DNA of 64,000 bases from Chitinophagaceae bacterium PMP191F (GTDB lineage: Bacteria > Bacteroidota > Bacteroidia > Chitinophagales > Chitinophagaceae). The notes beneath the pieces were generated by a model. The model was not told where the DNA came from, did not search any database, and saw only the letters and a list, made by a program, of their open reading frames with translations. A program made the translations under genes and the position numbers. Numbering within the stretch: position 1 is the first letter of the stretch; each line of letters starts with the position of its first letter. The DNA is taken from assembly GCA_001302245.1 (NCBI GenBank), contig LGYU01000015.1, forward strand, positions 96,744 through 160,743, given 5' to 3'. Below are positions 1-10,425 of this stretch, piece by piece.

Positions 1-213
1 GCCAATGCAAAGCCTATACTGTCCTTAATGCCTTTGAAAAAAGTGCTGGAAAAACTACCTGCCGATAAATTCAAAAGGATCCATAGAAGTTATATTGTGT
101 CTGTAGATAAGGTAACAGCTATTGCTAACCGTAAAGTACAGTTATCTTCACAGGTTGAGCTGCCCATCAGCGAAAGCTATGCTTCCTTTATTGATGAATG
201 GAAAAAGAACTGA
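1..213 (+). CDS. C-terminal fragment of a LytTR-family DNA-binding response regulator; the gene starts upstream of the window
   Basis: The frame is open from the window edge. The tail ...FKRIHRSYIVSVDKVTAI... resembles the end of a LytTR domain. Only 61 aa are visible. Confidence 0.5.
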   Translation, partial: ANAKPILSLMPLKKVLEKLPADKFKRIHRSYIVSVDKVTAIANRKVQLSSQVELPISESYASFIDEWKKN

Positions 214-220
214 CAGTTTT

Positions 221-1276
221 TTATAACGCTTTACAGATATTTTTTACAATGGAAGGTCCTTCATAAATAAAACCTGTCCATACCTGCACCAGTGAGGCGC
301 CGGCCTGTAGTTTTTCCTTTGCATCTGCCCCGGTAAAAATGCCTCCTGAAGCAATGATGGGAACCCGTCCGTTGGTCTTTGCTGCAATGTAGGCTACTAT
401 TTCAGTAGAACGGTGTGTAAGGGGTTTGCCACTTACGCCACCAGCGCCAATAGCTTCCAGCTTTGTAGCAGGGGTTTTCAGTCCTTCACGACTGATGGTA
501 GTATTGGAAACCACCAGTCCATCCAGCCTGATCTCCAGTGCCAGGTCAATTACATCATCAATTTGTGAAGGCGTAAGATCCGGAGCAATTTTCAGCAACA
601 ATGGCTTTGTTTGTTTATCAGCAGTATGCTGTGCCAGTTGTGTATTGATGGTTTGCAGGTGCGATAATATTTTGTGCAGGGAATCTTTTTCCTGCAAAGC
701 ACGCAGACCGGGCGTGTTGGGGGAGCTTACATTCACCACGAAATAATCCACGCAGTCAAATAACTCGCGGAAGCAGAGTTCATAATCTTTCCATGCTTCC
801 TCATTGGGAGTTACTTTGTTTTTACCAATATTGCCACCAATGACCAGGGAGCGTTGTTTACCGGCAGGCTGTTGTTCCTGCCATTTTCTGAGACGTTCGG
901 CCACTGCTTTTACACCGTCATTATTAAAACCCATACGGTTGATCAGGGCTTTATCCTGCGACAATCTGAAAAGACGCGGTTTGTCATTTCCGGACTGTGG
1001 TTTGGGTGTAACGGTACCTACTTCCACAAATCCAAAACCCAGCACTTCCAGTTCTTTCAGGTACAAGGCATTTTTATCAAACCCGGCAGCAAGCCCTACA
1101 GGATTTTTAAAATCAAGTCCTAATAAATGAGTGGGGAGGCTTTTGGCAGCAAACCGGCCCGCGGTTATTTTCCGGGAAGTACCGGTACTGCACAGCAGCT
1201 TAAAACTGTTCATAGCAAAGTGATGCACGTTTTCGGCATCCATTGTAAACAACAACTTTCGAATTAACTGGTACAT
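221..1276 (-). CDS. pyrD: Dihydroorotate dehydrogenase (quinone), class 2
   Basis: 351 aa with the PyrD signatures GFDKNA, GFGFVEVGTVTPKPQSGNDKPRLFRL and NRMGFNNDG. Also has the C-terminal FMN-binding GGI..G motif. Convergent with the LytTR fragment, 7 bp away. Confidence 0.9.
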   Translation of the reverse strand: MYQLIRKLLFTMDAENVHHFAMNSFKLLCSTGTSRKITAGRFAAKSLPTHLLGLDFKNPVGLAAGFDKNALYLKELEVLGFGFVEVGTVTPKPQSGNDKPRLFRLSQDKALINRMGFNNDGVKAVAERLRKWQEQQPAGKQRSLVIGGNIGKNKVTPNEEAWKDYELCFRELFDCVDYFVVNVSSPNTPGLRALQEKDSLHKILSHLQTINTQLAQHTADKQTKPLLLKIAPDLTPSQIDDVIDLALEIRLDGLVVSNTTISREGLKTPATKLEAIGAGGVSGKPLTHRSTEIVAYIAAKTNGRVPIIASGGIFTGADAKEKLQAGASLVQVWTGFIYEGPSIVKNICKAL

Positions 1277-1419
1277 ATTGGGTTGCGAAGATAATGCAAC
1301 TTTAACGATAGCTGTTTGCAGGATTGCACAGGAAGAATTAACTTTGGTTACAAGGTTGCATAAACAACTATCTTGTGATAGTGGAAACCTTCAGATTGCT
1401 GATTTAAATACAACTTTTT

Positions 1420-2601
1420 ATGCAGGAAGCCTATATCGTAGCGGGTTACCGTACCGCTGTCGGAAAATCAAAAAGGGGTGCTTTTCGTTTTTATCGTCCG
1501 GACGACCTTGCTATTGACGTAATAAAAGGCCTGATGGCCAGTGTTCCGCAACTGGATACCAGGAGAGTGGATGATGTAATTGTAGGTAATGCCGTTCCGG
1601 AAGCGGAGCAGGGATTGCAGGTGGGGCGTATTATTGCCGCACGTGCACTGGGTATTGAGGTGCCGGGTATGACGGTGAATCGTTATTGCGCTTCGGGACT
1701 GGAAACCATTGCCATTGCTACTGCCAAGATCCGTTCAGGGCAGGCAGAATGTATTGTGGCCGGCGGTACTGAAAGTATGAGCCTGGTACCTACTGCAGGA
1801 TGGAAAACCGTACCTGCTTTTTCTATTGCCACTGATGAACCGGATTATTATCTCAGCATGGGACTTACGGCAGAAGCTGTTGCCAAAGAGTATAATGTAA
1901 GCCGCGAAGACCAGGATACTTTTTCTTACAACTCTCATCAGAAAGCCATCAACGCTATTGAGAATGGTTATTTCAAAAATGGTATTCTGCCTATTACTGT
2001 TGAGGAGGTATATGTAGATCCAGCTTCCGGTAAAAAGAAATCCAGGAATTACGTAGTAGATACTGATGAAGGTCCGCGTATGGATACCAGTGTAGAAGCA
2101 TTGGCAAAATTGAAACCGGTGTTTGCTGCAGGTGGCTCTGTTACGGCAGGTAATTCTTCACAAACTTCAGATGGCGCTGCTTTTGTAATTGTAATGAGCG
2201 AGCGTATGGTGAATGAACTGGGACTGAAACCTATTGCCCGTTTGGTGGCCTGTGCATCAGCAGGTGTGCATCCGCGTATTATGGGTATTGGCCCGGTAGA
2301 AGCAGTACCCAAAGCGTTGAAACAGGTAGGAATGAACCTGGGTAATATTGACCTTGTAGAACTGAATGAGGCGTTTGCTTCACAAGCACTGGCTGTGATC
2401 CGCAAACTGGAGATCAATCCTGATATTGTAAATATCAATGGTGGTGCTATTGCATTGGGGCACCCGTTGGGATGTACCGGTTGTAAACTCACCATACAAA
2501 TCACACAGGATATGAAACGTCTGCAAAAGAAATATGGCATTGTAACAGCCTGTGTAGGTGGCGGACAGGGTATTGCCGGAATTATAGAAAATATCAATTA
2601 A
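1420..2601 (+). CDS. Acetyl-CoA C-acetyltransferase (thiolase II)
   Basis: 393 aa. N-terminus AYIVAGYRTAVGKS. Active-site Cys in NRYCASGLE. C-terminal thiolase signatures NEAFASQ, GGAIALGHPLGCTG and CVGGGQG. Confidence 0.9.
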   Translation: MQEAYIVAGYRTAVGKSKRGAFRFYRPDDLAIDVIKGLMASVPQLDTRRVDDVIVGNAVPEAEQGLQVGRIIAARALGIEVPGMTVNRYCASGLETIAIATAKIRSGQAECIVAGGTESMSLVPTAGWKTVPAFSIATDEPDYYLSMGLTAEAVAKEYNVSREDQDTFSYNSHQKAINAIENGYFKNGILPITVEEVYVDPASGKKKSRNYVVDTDEGPRMDTSVEALAKLKPVFAAGGSVTAGNSSQTSDGAAFVIVMSERMVNELGLKPIARLVACASAGVHPRIMGIGPVEAVPKALKQVGMNLGNIDLVELNEAFASQALAVIRKLEINPDIVNINGGAIALGHPLGCTGCKLTIQITQDMKRLQKKYGIVTACVGGGQGIAGIIENIN

Positions 2602-2632
2602 GCAGGAGAGCACTGTTTATTTAAAAATAATG

Positions 2633-2669
2633 ATGCCTCAATGCATTCACTGCGTTGAGGCATTTTTTA
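2633..2669 (+). terminator. Rho-independent terminator after the thiolase gene
   Basis: 9-bp stem atgcctcaa/ttgaggcat with a 13-nt loop, followed by a T5-6 run. Confidence 0.6.
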
Positions 2670-2735
2670 TGTCAGTGTGGGCGCCGCCGGCAAAAGTCGT
2701 ACCTTGACAACTTTAAAAGACCCCCCGCTTTTAAT

Positions 2736-4118
2736 ATGTCCCTCCTGAAAGGCACTATTGTACAACAAATACAACGTATACTGCAAAGTCGCTATGGCAT
2801 ATTGTTGCTGGCGGCAGGTAGTTGCCTGGCCGAATTTTTTATATTCTATCCCGGTTTTTTATCTGGCGACTCTATAGACCAGTATTGGCAGGCTGAGCAT
2901 TTGCAGTTCAACGACTGGCATCCGCCTATTATGGCAGGTTTGTGGAGCGTATTTAACTATATCCATAAAGGCCCGGAGTCCATGTTGTTTTTCCAGCTAC
3001 TGCTTTTGTGGAGTAGTTTTTATATCCTTGCATCTACCTGGTTCCGTACGCCGCGTTCATTTTTGATCCTTTTCATATTGCTGTTTGCAGCGCCGTATAT
3101 ACAGAATTTTGCACCCTATATTATCAAAGATGTGCAGATGGCATTGAGCTGGTTGCTGGCAATAGCTATTGTTTTAAAGGCCATGTACTACCGGCAACGC
3201 ATGTCTGTTCTGGAAGCCATCATTTCACTGTTGCTGATAACGTATGGCGCTATGATCCGGATCAATGCACTGCCGGGCGCTTTGCCGGTATGTTTTGTAT
3301 GGTTTAGCAATATTTTTCCGGCAGTTGGTAAATACCGGCGTTGGCTGTTCAGTGTGCTGATCCTGATCATTATTGTACTGGTACAAAACGCATTGACCTT
3401 ATGGATATTTAAACCGGAAAAGCGCTATCCTGAATATAAATTGTTTGCACATGATATAGCAGGTATCTATATAAAAACGGGCAAACTGTATTTCCCTGGT
3501 TTTATTACCGGCTACAATGGCTTTGATACTGGTTACATTAAAGAGCACTACACTACTGCTACGTTTGATAATATCTGGTGGCCGCCCGATGACCGAAAAT
3601 TTTTTCCCCCGCTGAGTGAAGCGACCAAACCGGTACTGGCAGCAGCATGGAAACAAAGCATCCGTGAAAACCCTGCTGCTTATCTTGAAGATCGTTTTGA
3701 CGGATACCTGTATTTTCTGCGTATCAGGAAAAGACCTAGTCCTTTCTATTATCACTTTTTATTTATGCCACCCAATCAATACGGGTTTACGTTTAAGGAT
3801 AATATTTTTTCCAAAGCCATTACCGGTGTAATAGAGTTTCAGGAATACATGCCATATATGACGCCCTGGTTCTGGATGCTGGCGGCTGTTGTACTGATAT
3901 ACATTGCGGCCCGGCGCCGGAATTCACCTTTGCAACAGCTTTGTTTACTGTTGCCTGTTTCCTCTCTGTTATACTATCTTCCGCAATTCTTTATTTTCCA
4001 GGTCGATACAGACTTCAGATACTTTTACTGGGGCTGTATTGCGGCTACGCTCAGTACAATTTTATTGGTGATCGATCGTTCGGAGAAAAAGCGACGGAAT
4101 GTTGCCACAGAAAGCTGA
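2736..4118 (+). CDS. Polytopic integral membrane protein of unknown function, possibly a GT-C-like glycosyltransferase
   Basis: About 460 aa with at least 10 hydrophobic segments and a large aromatic-rich loop. The track ORF starts at a TTG (2655) inside the upstream terminator hairpin. The first ATG, at 2736 (MSLLKG...), is therefore preferred. The GT-C guess rests on topology alone. Confidence 0.5.
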   Translation: MSLLKGTIVQQIQRILQSRYGILLLAAGSCLAEFFIFYPGFLSGDSIDQYWQAEHLQFNDWHPPIMAGLWSVFNYIHKGPESMLFFQLLLLWSSFYILASTWFRTPRSFLILFILLFAAPYIQNFAPYIIKDVQMALSWLLAIAIVLKAMYYRQRMSVLEAIISLLLITYGAMIRINALPGALPVCFVWFSNIFPAVGKYRRWLFSVLILIIIVLVQNALTLWIFKPEKRYPEYKLFAHDIAGIYIKTGKLYFPGFITGYNGFDTGYIKEHYTTATFDNIWWPPDDRKFFPPLSEATKPVLAAAWKQSIRENPAAYLEDRFDGYLYFLRIRKRPSPFYYHFLFMPPNQYGFTFKDNIFSKAITGVIEFQEYMPYMTPWFWMLAAVVLIYIAARRRNSPLQQLCLLLPVSSLLYYLPQFFIFQVDTDFRYFYWGCIAATLSTILLVIDRSEKKRRNVATES

Positions 4119-4321
4119 TGTTTTGCCATTAATGTCTGTAACAATACCGGCAGCGAGGTATATACGTATTTTTACCAGTCAGCTTCACTGAAAATGTACG
4201 CTACTTTGCTGGTGTGCAGGCTTATGGCAGCATTTTTGTTAATAGGAACAGGTTTTACGGGATCGTTGTAACAATGGCGGAAAGCAGATTGATACATACT
4301 ATCCACCCCAAAATCCAGCTT

Positions 4322-6004
4322 ATGGACAGAAGAGACTTTTTTGCACTCAAAAAGAGAACGCCCAAAACTGCACAACCAGCTTCTATTGCTGCTCCCCGCA
4401 ATATTGATTCCGGATTAAATACATATACAGGCGCATGGACCACTGCAGAGGTAGCGCACCTGCTGAAACGCACCATGTTTGGAGCTAAAAAAGCCGACGT
4501 TGATTACTTCAGAGGTATGTCTATGGAGCAGGCGGTAGATACATTGCTGAATGTATATGCTACGGCTCCGCTGCCTCCGTTGAAAAATTATGATGACAGT
4601 AGTTTTCCATCGGGCAACCCGGATCTGACAGTGGCTGCAGGCACTACCTGGGTTAATACGCCAACCGATGAAAGCGTGGTTCAGCCTAAAAGGACCGGTT
4701 CCTGGAAAAGCTGGTGGATGGGATTGATGATCAACCAGCAGCGGACCATACAGGAGAAGATGGTATTGTTCTGGCACAATCACTTTTCTACAGAAACCAA
4801 TGAATATAATCACGGTGTGTTGGGATACCGTCATAATGCGATGCTGCGTGAACATGCGCTGGGAAATTTTAAAACACTGGTAAGAATAGTAACCATTGAT
4901 GGGGCCATGCTGCGTTACCTGAATGGTTATCTGAATACTTATACAGCACCTGATGAGAACTATGGACGTGAGTTGCAGGAACTGTTTACGCTGGGTAAAG
5001 AGAACAATCCCAATTATACCGAAGATGATGTATACCAGGCCGCACGTGTATTAACGGGCTGGCGTATTAAATGGACAGATGATACAGTATACTTTGACGA
5101 TACCAAACACGATAAGAACAGCAAAACGTTTTCTTCTTTTTATGGTGGTACAGTAGTGTCCGGTCGTACAGGAGCTACTGCCGGTGATGCAGAGCTGGAT
5201 GACCTGCTGACTATGATCTTTAGCAAACAAACGGAAGTATCAGAGTTTATTGTAGGGAAACTGTATCGCTGGTTCTGTTATTATACTATTGACGCAGCCA
5301 CGCAAACCAATGTGATTAAACCACTGGCGCAACTGTTTCGCAACAGCAACTGGGAAATAAAACCAGTATTGGCTGCATTATTTAAAAGCGAACATTTTTT
5401 TGATCCACTGAACCAGGGCTGCCTGATCAAAAGCCCGGTTGACATGGCTGTGGGATTGATGCGTGAATTCAACGTGGTATTTCCCGACAGCGCAGATTAT
5501 GTGAACGCCTATAATATGTGGGAGTATACACGTAACCAGGCCAGTAATGTGCAGCAGAATATCGGCGATCCACCCAGTGTATCAGGATGGCCTGCCTATT
5601 ACCAGTTACCACAGTATCATGAAATGTGGATCAATACAGATACTTTGCCACGACGCAATATGTTTACCGATCAGATGATCACTACCGGTTATACACGTAA
5701 CAGTAAAACCATACAGATTGATCCTATCGCATTTGTAAAAACCCTGTCCAATCCTGCAGATCCGAACGTATTGATCAATGAATCGCTGGATATATTGTAT
5801 CGTGTACCGATCTCTGATAACTCCAGAACCATTATCAAAAAACAGATATTATTAAGCAGCCAGGAACAGGATTATTACTGGAGCAATGCATGGAACGCCA
5901 TGATTGCCAATCCCGGTGATATGACCGCTTACCAGACTGTATATACCAGGTTACAGAGCCTGTTCAAATATTTTATGAACCTGGCAGAATATCAACTGTC
6001 CTGA
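4322..6004 (+). CDS. DUF1800 family protein carrying a twin-arginine (Tat) signal
   Basis: MDRRDFFALKK Tat motif at the preferred ATG 4322. The track ORF starts at GTG 4214. Contains the DUF1800-typical block ENYGRELQELFTLG. Forms the usual DUF1800-DUF1501 gene pair with the next gene. Confidence 0.75.
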   Translation: MDRRDFFALKKRTPKTAQPASIAAPRNIDSGLNTYTGAWTTAEVAHLLKRTMFGAKKADVDYFRGMSMEQAVDTLLNVYATAPLPPLKNYDDSSFPSGNPDLTVAAGTTWVNTPTDESVVQPKRTGSWKSWWMGLMINQQRTIQEKMVLFWHNHFSTETNEYNHGVLGYRHNAMLREHALGNFKTLVRIVTIDGAMLRYLNGYLNTYTAPDENYGRELQELFTLGKENNPNYTEDDVYQAARVLTGWRIKWTDDTVYFDDTKHDKNSKTFSSFYGGTVVSGRTGATAGDAELDDLLTMIFSKQTEVSEFIVGKLYRWFCYYTIDAATQTNVIKPLAQLFRNSNWEIKPVLAALFKSEHFFDPLNQGCLIKSPVDMAVGLMREFNVVFPDSADYVNAYNMWEYTRNQASNVQQNIGDPPSVSGWPAYYQLPQYHEMWINTDTLPRRNMFTDQMITTGYTRNSKTIQIDPIAFVKTLSNPADPNVLINESLDILYRVPISDNSRTIIKKQILLSSQEQDYYWSNAWNAMIANPGDMTAYQTVYTRLQSLFKYFMNLAEYQLS

Positions 6005-7611
6005 TGCCTAAACCGATATCTATGAAACGCAGAGATTTTTTACGACATACACTACCTGCTTCTGTTACGATGCCTGCTTTGCTGAACGGTTTTTCAGTAA
6101 AGGCATATACCGGCTCTTCTCCGTTGGTACAGGCATTGATGCGTGGCACTACTGAAACAGATAAAGTACTGGTATTAATTCAGTTGAATGGGGGCAACGA
6201 TGGTTTGAACATGGTATTGCCAATTGAATTGTATTCTAACTATTATAATGCAAGGGCCAATATCGCCATCAAACAAAATAAAATACTGGCGCTGAGCGGT
6301 ACAGCCAAAACCGGTCTGCACCCCAGCATGACCGGTTTGCAAAGTTTGTATAATGAAGGAAAGCTGACCATTATACAGGCAGTAGGCTATCCTTCACCCA
6401 ATTTTTCACATTTTCGGGCAACCGATATCTGGATGTCAGCTTCTGATTCAAACCAGGTGTTGCCAAGTGGTTGGATCGGTCGTTACCTGGGGACACAATT
6501 TCCTGATTATCCTAATGGATATCCGAATACGCAGATGCCTGATCCATTAGCCATACAGATCGGGTCGGTAAGTTCATTAACGTTGCAGGGGCCGGCATCC
6601 GGTATGGGTATCAGCATCAGTGATCCCACTAATTTTTATCACATGCTGGACGGGGTGGAAGATCCTGTTCCGGATACGCCGTGGGGAAAGGAATTAAAAT
6701 ATATCCGTCTGATAGCGGAGCAGACCCAGAAATATTCAACAGTAATAAAAGCAGCCGCAGCGCAGGTAGGCAGCCAGGGTACTTATCCTGAAAACAATGA
6801 TCTGGCGCAACAGCTTAAAATAGTAGCCCGTCTTGTAAAAGGCGGTCTGAAAACCCGGGTGTACATGGTAAGTACCGGAGGGTTTGATACGCATTCCAGC
6901 CAGGTAAATACACTGGATTCTTCTACCGGTTTGCACGCCAATCTCATGGCGCGTGTATCAGATGCCATTAAATGTTTTATGGATGACCTGAAATCGCTGG
7001 GGGTTGATGACAGGGTGATCGGTATGACATTCTCTGAATTTGGCCGTCGTATCAAATCCAATTCCAGCATGGGTACAGATCACGGTGCAGCAGCGCCGGT
7101 GTTTGTATTTGGTAAAAATGTGCGTCCCGGAATTATAGGCAATAATCCCGAAATTCCCAGTAATACAGCAGCCAACGACAATGTGCCTTTTCAGTATGAC
7201 TTCCGCAGTATTTATGCTTCTATCCTGAAACAATGGTTCTGTGTACAGGATGCAGATCTGCAAACCATTATGCTGAAGAACTTCCAGGAGCTTCCGTTAT
7301 GTATCAATGCTGCCTGTAAAACAACAGGCATAGAAGATATCCTGAACAATACCGGTGAGCAGCTGATCATTAATTATCCCAATCCTTTTGTAGAAAGTAC
7401 CAACATTACTTTCCGTACCAAAGGAGGGCATACGCTGATACAGGTAATGGATACCATGGGACGGGTGATACGCACGCTGACAGACAAGGAATATATGGCT
7501 GGCAGTTATACCGTCAGTTTCAGTAGTTATGGAATGCCTACAGGCGTTTACTATGCCCGTTTCCAGAACGGTTCGTTACAGCACGTGCGCACCATGCTGA
7601 AGGTCCGGTAA
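6004..7611 (+). CDS. DUF1501 (sulfatase/alkaline-phosphatase-like) protein with an N-terminal Tat signal and a C-terminal T9SS sorting domain
   Basis: MKRRDFLRH Tat motif. An alternative start is ATG 6022. ATG 6004 overlaps the DUF1800 TGA stop, consistent with translational coupling. The last roughly 80 aa (INYPNPFVESTNITFRTKGG...VYYARFQNGSLQHVRTMLKVR) look like a type-A T9SS CTD. Confidence 0.75.
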   Translation: MPKPISMKRRDFLRHTLPASVTMPALLNGFSVKAYTGSSPLVQALMRGTTETDKVLVLIQLNGGNDGLNMVLPIELYSNYYNARANIAIKQNKILALSGTAKTGLHPSMTGLQSLYNEGKLTIIQAVGYPSPNFSHFRATDIWMSASDSNQVLPSGWIGRYLGTQFPDYPNGYPNTQMPDPLAIQIGSVSSLTLQGPASGMGISISDPTNFYHMLDGVEDPVPDTPWGKELKYIRLIAEQTQKYSTVIKAAAAQVGSQGTYPENNDLAQQLKIVARLVKGGLKTRVYMVSTGGFDTHSSQVNTLDSSTGLHANLMARVSDAIKCFMDDLKSLGVDDRVIGMTFSEFGRRIKSNSSMGTDHGAAAPVFVFGKNVRPGIIGNNPEIPSNTAANDNVPFQYDFRSIYASILKQWFCVQDADLQTIMLKNFQELPLCINAACKTTGIEDILNNTGEQLIINYPNPFVESTNITFRTKGGHTLIQVMDTMGRVIRTLTDKEYMAGSYTVSFSSYGMPTGVYYARFQNGSLQHVRTMLKVR

Positions 7612-7644
7612 TACACTACTTTTCTGTGTCTCAATAGCTTTCTG

Positions 7645-7666
7645 GTCCCAGGCGGGGACTTTTTTT
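7645..7666 (+). terminator. Putative Rho-independent terminator after the DUF1501 gene
   Basis: Short GC stem gtccc/gggac with a 5-nt loop, followed by T7. Confidence 0.45.
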
Positions 7667-7756
7667 GTTAAAATCTACCCAAATAGTTTATATTGCTGCC
7701 CAAGGCAATGATTAGTATGTTGCCGGTTACCTAAACCAATTGAGGACAGTGAGCTT

Positions 7757-8404
7757 ATGGTGAAAGTTTTCATAACCGACGATCACGAGCTGTACCTGGA
7801 AGGTCTGGTGCTGCTGTTAAACAAGCAGGAAGGAATACAGGTTATCGGATCAGCTTTAACGGGCACCAGCCTGCTGGAACAACTGCCCCGGCACGATGAC
7901 ATTGACATTTTATTACTGGATGTCAACCTGCCTGACATCGGCGAGGAAGAATTGCTGAAAAAGATCCGGGAAATGAAACCGGGCATCAAAATTCTGTATC
8001 TCACCATCATGCGCGGTACGCGATACATTCACAGACTGGTTAAACATAATATACAGGGATACCTGTTAAAAAATTCCGGCATTACAGAGCTCTATAAAGC
8101 GCTGCTGGAAATTGCAGGCGGAGGCCAGTATTTTAGTCCTGAAATAAACATCCTGGATGCTGAACAGGACTTTCGCAGTACCATTACCATAGAAGATAAA
8201 AAGATAGACGAAATACTGTCAAAACGTGAAATTGAAGTGCTGAAACTGATCTGCAAAGAGTATAGCAATTCGGATATTGCCGAAAAGCTGTTCCTAAGTA
8301 TCAGCACTGTTGAAACACACCGCAAAAACCTGATTGCAAAGTTAGGGGTTAACAATACTGTTGGCCTGGTGAAATTTGCGCTGAAAAATAAATTGATAGA
8401 ATAA
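7757..8404 (+). CDS. Response regulator with REC domain and LuxR/FixJ-type HTH output
   Basis: Receiver residues ITDDH and LLLDVNLPD (phospho-acceptor Asp). C-terminal LuxR HTH: EVLKLICKEYSNSDIAEKLFLSISTVETHRKNLIAKLGV. Confidence 0.85.
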   Translation: MVKVFITDDHELYLEGLVLLLNKQEGIQVIGSALTGTSLLEQLPRHDDIDILLLDVNLPDIGEEELLKKIREMKPGIKILYLTIMRGTRYIHRLVKHNIQGYLLKNSGITELYKALLEIAGGGQYFSPEINILDAEQDFRSTITIEDKKIDEILSKREIEVLKLICKEYSNSDIAEKLFLSISTVETHRKNLIAKLGVNNTVGLVKFALKNKLIE

Positions 8405-8468
8405 GTCTTTCTTGCCTGCCGGACCTAAGTAGTGTTAAATATATATTCTCACTGTAATCCCTCTATCA

Positions 8469-10310
8469 GTGAAATACTGGCTATTATTATTGCTCCTGAT
8501 TACCTGCGTTACCCGCTCCGTTGAACAGCAGGTTGACACTACGTATCTCAAAACATTATACGATCGTTGTCTTGATTTTTCAGAAGATAAACTGGATTCC
8601 CTTACCTATTATGCCCGCTTCATTAAACGCGAGGCTGCAAGACTGCGTTTTGATAAAGGTGATGTATTGTCGCTGCGTTTACGGGGAATACGGGAAGACC
8701 TGGCGGGCAATTATGAAAGGGCTATTGAATATTACCTGCAGTCGCTGGAAGCTGCCCGCAAACTGCCTACACGCGAATATGAATCATCTGCACTGAGTGA
8801 CCTTGCTATTACCTATGCCACTATTAAGGAACCGCTGAAAGCCAAAGAATTTTACCTGCAAAGTGCCGAGGTATCAAAAGGCCAGAAACGTATCAACGAG
8901 CTGGTCAATACCTATAATAACCTGGGGGTTATTTATACGCAGCTGGGGCAATATGACAGTGCGCGGATATTACTGAATGAAGCGATCAGGATTGCGAAAC
9001 CTTATGAGGACAGGCTGGATCTTTCCAGTGAGTACAACAACCTGGGCAATGTGTATTTCCGGGAAAAAAGATATGATGAAGCGTTACAATACTTCAAACA
9101 GAATTACAATACACATATCAGCAAAGATGTGTCCAACGATCTGTGGATATCTATACTGAATATTGCAGACGTATATATTGAAAAGAAGCAATACGATTCG
9201 GCTGATAAGTACGCACGTGAAGCCATGGAAATGGCACAGCAGCATTTTGCTTCTAAAAGCAAGGAGGCGGACTGTTATTCTATCTTGGCCAAGCTGTATG
9301 AGCATAAGGGTAATTACAATAAAGCCTTTCACTACCTGAAGGCCTGGTATACGCTTGATACAGCCCTGGTAAATGCTGATACCTATCACTCAATTGCAGA
9401 GCTGCAGGAGCGTTTCAATGCAAAAGAGCGTGAAGCACAGAACAAGGTTTTGCAGGGTAAAATTGAAAGGGAAGAACTGCGTCGCCAGGGTATTACGCTG
9501 TTTGCAATAGCGTTATCGGTGATCTTGATATTGATTGCAATTGCCTTCCTGATCAAGCGTAATGCTAATAAGCGTTTGCAGGATACCAATACACAAATAC
9601 TGTTGCAGAACGAAAAACTGGCGGAGTTGAATTATGAAAAGAATTCACTGATCAGCATTGTATCACATGACCTGAATACCCCCTTTGCTACTATTCAGAT
9701 ATGGGGACAGGTGCTGGAATCAGAAAGCGCCAATCTTACAGAAGAACAGGATAAAGCATTGCAGAAAATATTGCAGGCAAGTTATTATGGTGAAGAGCTG
9801 ATCCAGCGGATATTGAATATTGAGCGTGCAGATATTGGTGCACACAAAATGTACCTGGAAAACTTTGACATTGCTGTACTGGCTAAAGAAATAGCAGAAA
9901 AATTCAAGCCTGCTGCCACTAAAAAAGAATTGCAGTTTTATACTGACATACCACAAAAGCAACTGTTGTTGATGAGTGATAAACAACTGGTGGGCAGGAT
10001 ATGTGAAAACCTGCTTTCCAACGCTATCAAATACACTGTGCGTGGAAAACGTATCTGGTTCAGCATTGTTGAAGACAATGATGTAGTTAATATAAAAGTG
10101 CGTGATGAAGGGGTAGGCATTCCGAAAGAAGAGTTACCTTATTTATTCTCCCGTTACAGTAAGATTTCTTCACAAACTACTGATGGCGAAGTGTCCAATG
10201 GATTAGGACTTTCCATTGTAAAGAGAATCGTTGAAGAACTGAATGGTAAAATATACTGCGAAAGCGAGCAGGGACAGGGCTCGCTGTTTACTGTTGTATT
10301 AAAAAAGTGA
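8469..10310 (+). CDS. TPR-repeat sensor histidine kinase; partner of the upstream response regulator
   Basis: GTG start with signal peptide. About 300 aa of periplasmic TPR-like repeats (YNNLGVIY, YNNLGNVY). One TM segment (ITLFAIALSVILILIAIAFLI). H-box SHDLNTPF. HATPase_c N/G boxes LLSNAIKYT and GLGLSIVKRIV. Confidence 0.85.
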   Translation: MKYWLLLLLLITCVTRSVEQQVDTTYLKTLYDRCLDFSEDKLDSLTYYARFIKREAARLRFDKGDVLSLRLRGIREDLAGNYERAIEYYLQSLEAARKLPTREYESSALSDLAITYATIKEPLKAKEFYLQSAEVSKGQKRINELVNTYNNLGVIYTQLGQYDSARILLNEAIRIAKPYEDRLDLSSEYNNLGNVYFREKRYDEALQYFKQNYNTHISKDVSNDLWISILNIADVYIEKKQYDSADKYAREAMEMAQQHFASKSKEADCYSILAKLYEHKGNYNKAFHYLKAWYTLDTALVNADTYHSIAELQERFNAKEREAQNKVLQGKIEREELRRQGITLFAIALSVILILIAIAFLIKRNANKRLQDTNTQILLQNEKLAELNYEKNSLISIVSHDLNTPFATIQIWGQVLESESANLTEEQDKALQKILQASYYGEELIQRILNIERADIGAHKMYLENFDIAVLAKEIAEKFKPAATKKELQFYTDIPQKQLLLMSDKQLVGRICENLLSNAIKYTVRGKRIWFSIVEDNDVVNIKVRDEGVGIPKEELPYLFSRYSKISSQTTDGEVSNGLGLSIVKRIVEELNGKIYCESEQGQGSLFTVVLKK

Positions 10311-10425
10311 TGTTCAGTATTCTATAAACTATATGCTCACCGTTCACATAGAATTCTCACCACCGGAAAAAATAGCAATCAGTTGAAGCGAAAATGTCTA
10401 TTTTTGCAACAAAGTAGCATATTAT

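Noticed and set aside
426-1130. Several + strand ORFs (426-746, 804-1130, 854-1123) inside the pyrD region
   Set aside because: They are antisense to a well-supported pyrD gene and low-complexity. Such shadow ORFs are typical of GC-skewed coding regions.
2655-2735. N-terminal 27-aa extension of the membrane-protein ORF, and similar extensions at 4214, 10858, 16374, 35473 and 61960
   Set aside because: The track uses TTG/GTG as starts. These extensions run through terminator hairpins or intergenic structure and lack signal-peptide logic. Downstream ATGs with Tat or Sec signals or conserved N-termini are preferred.
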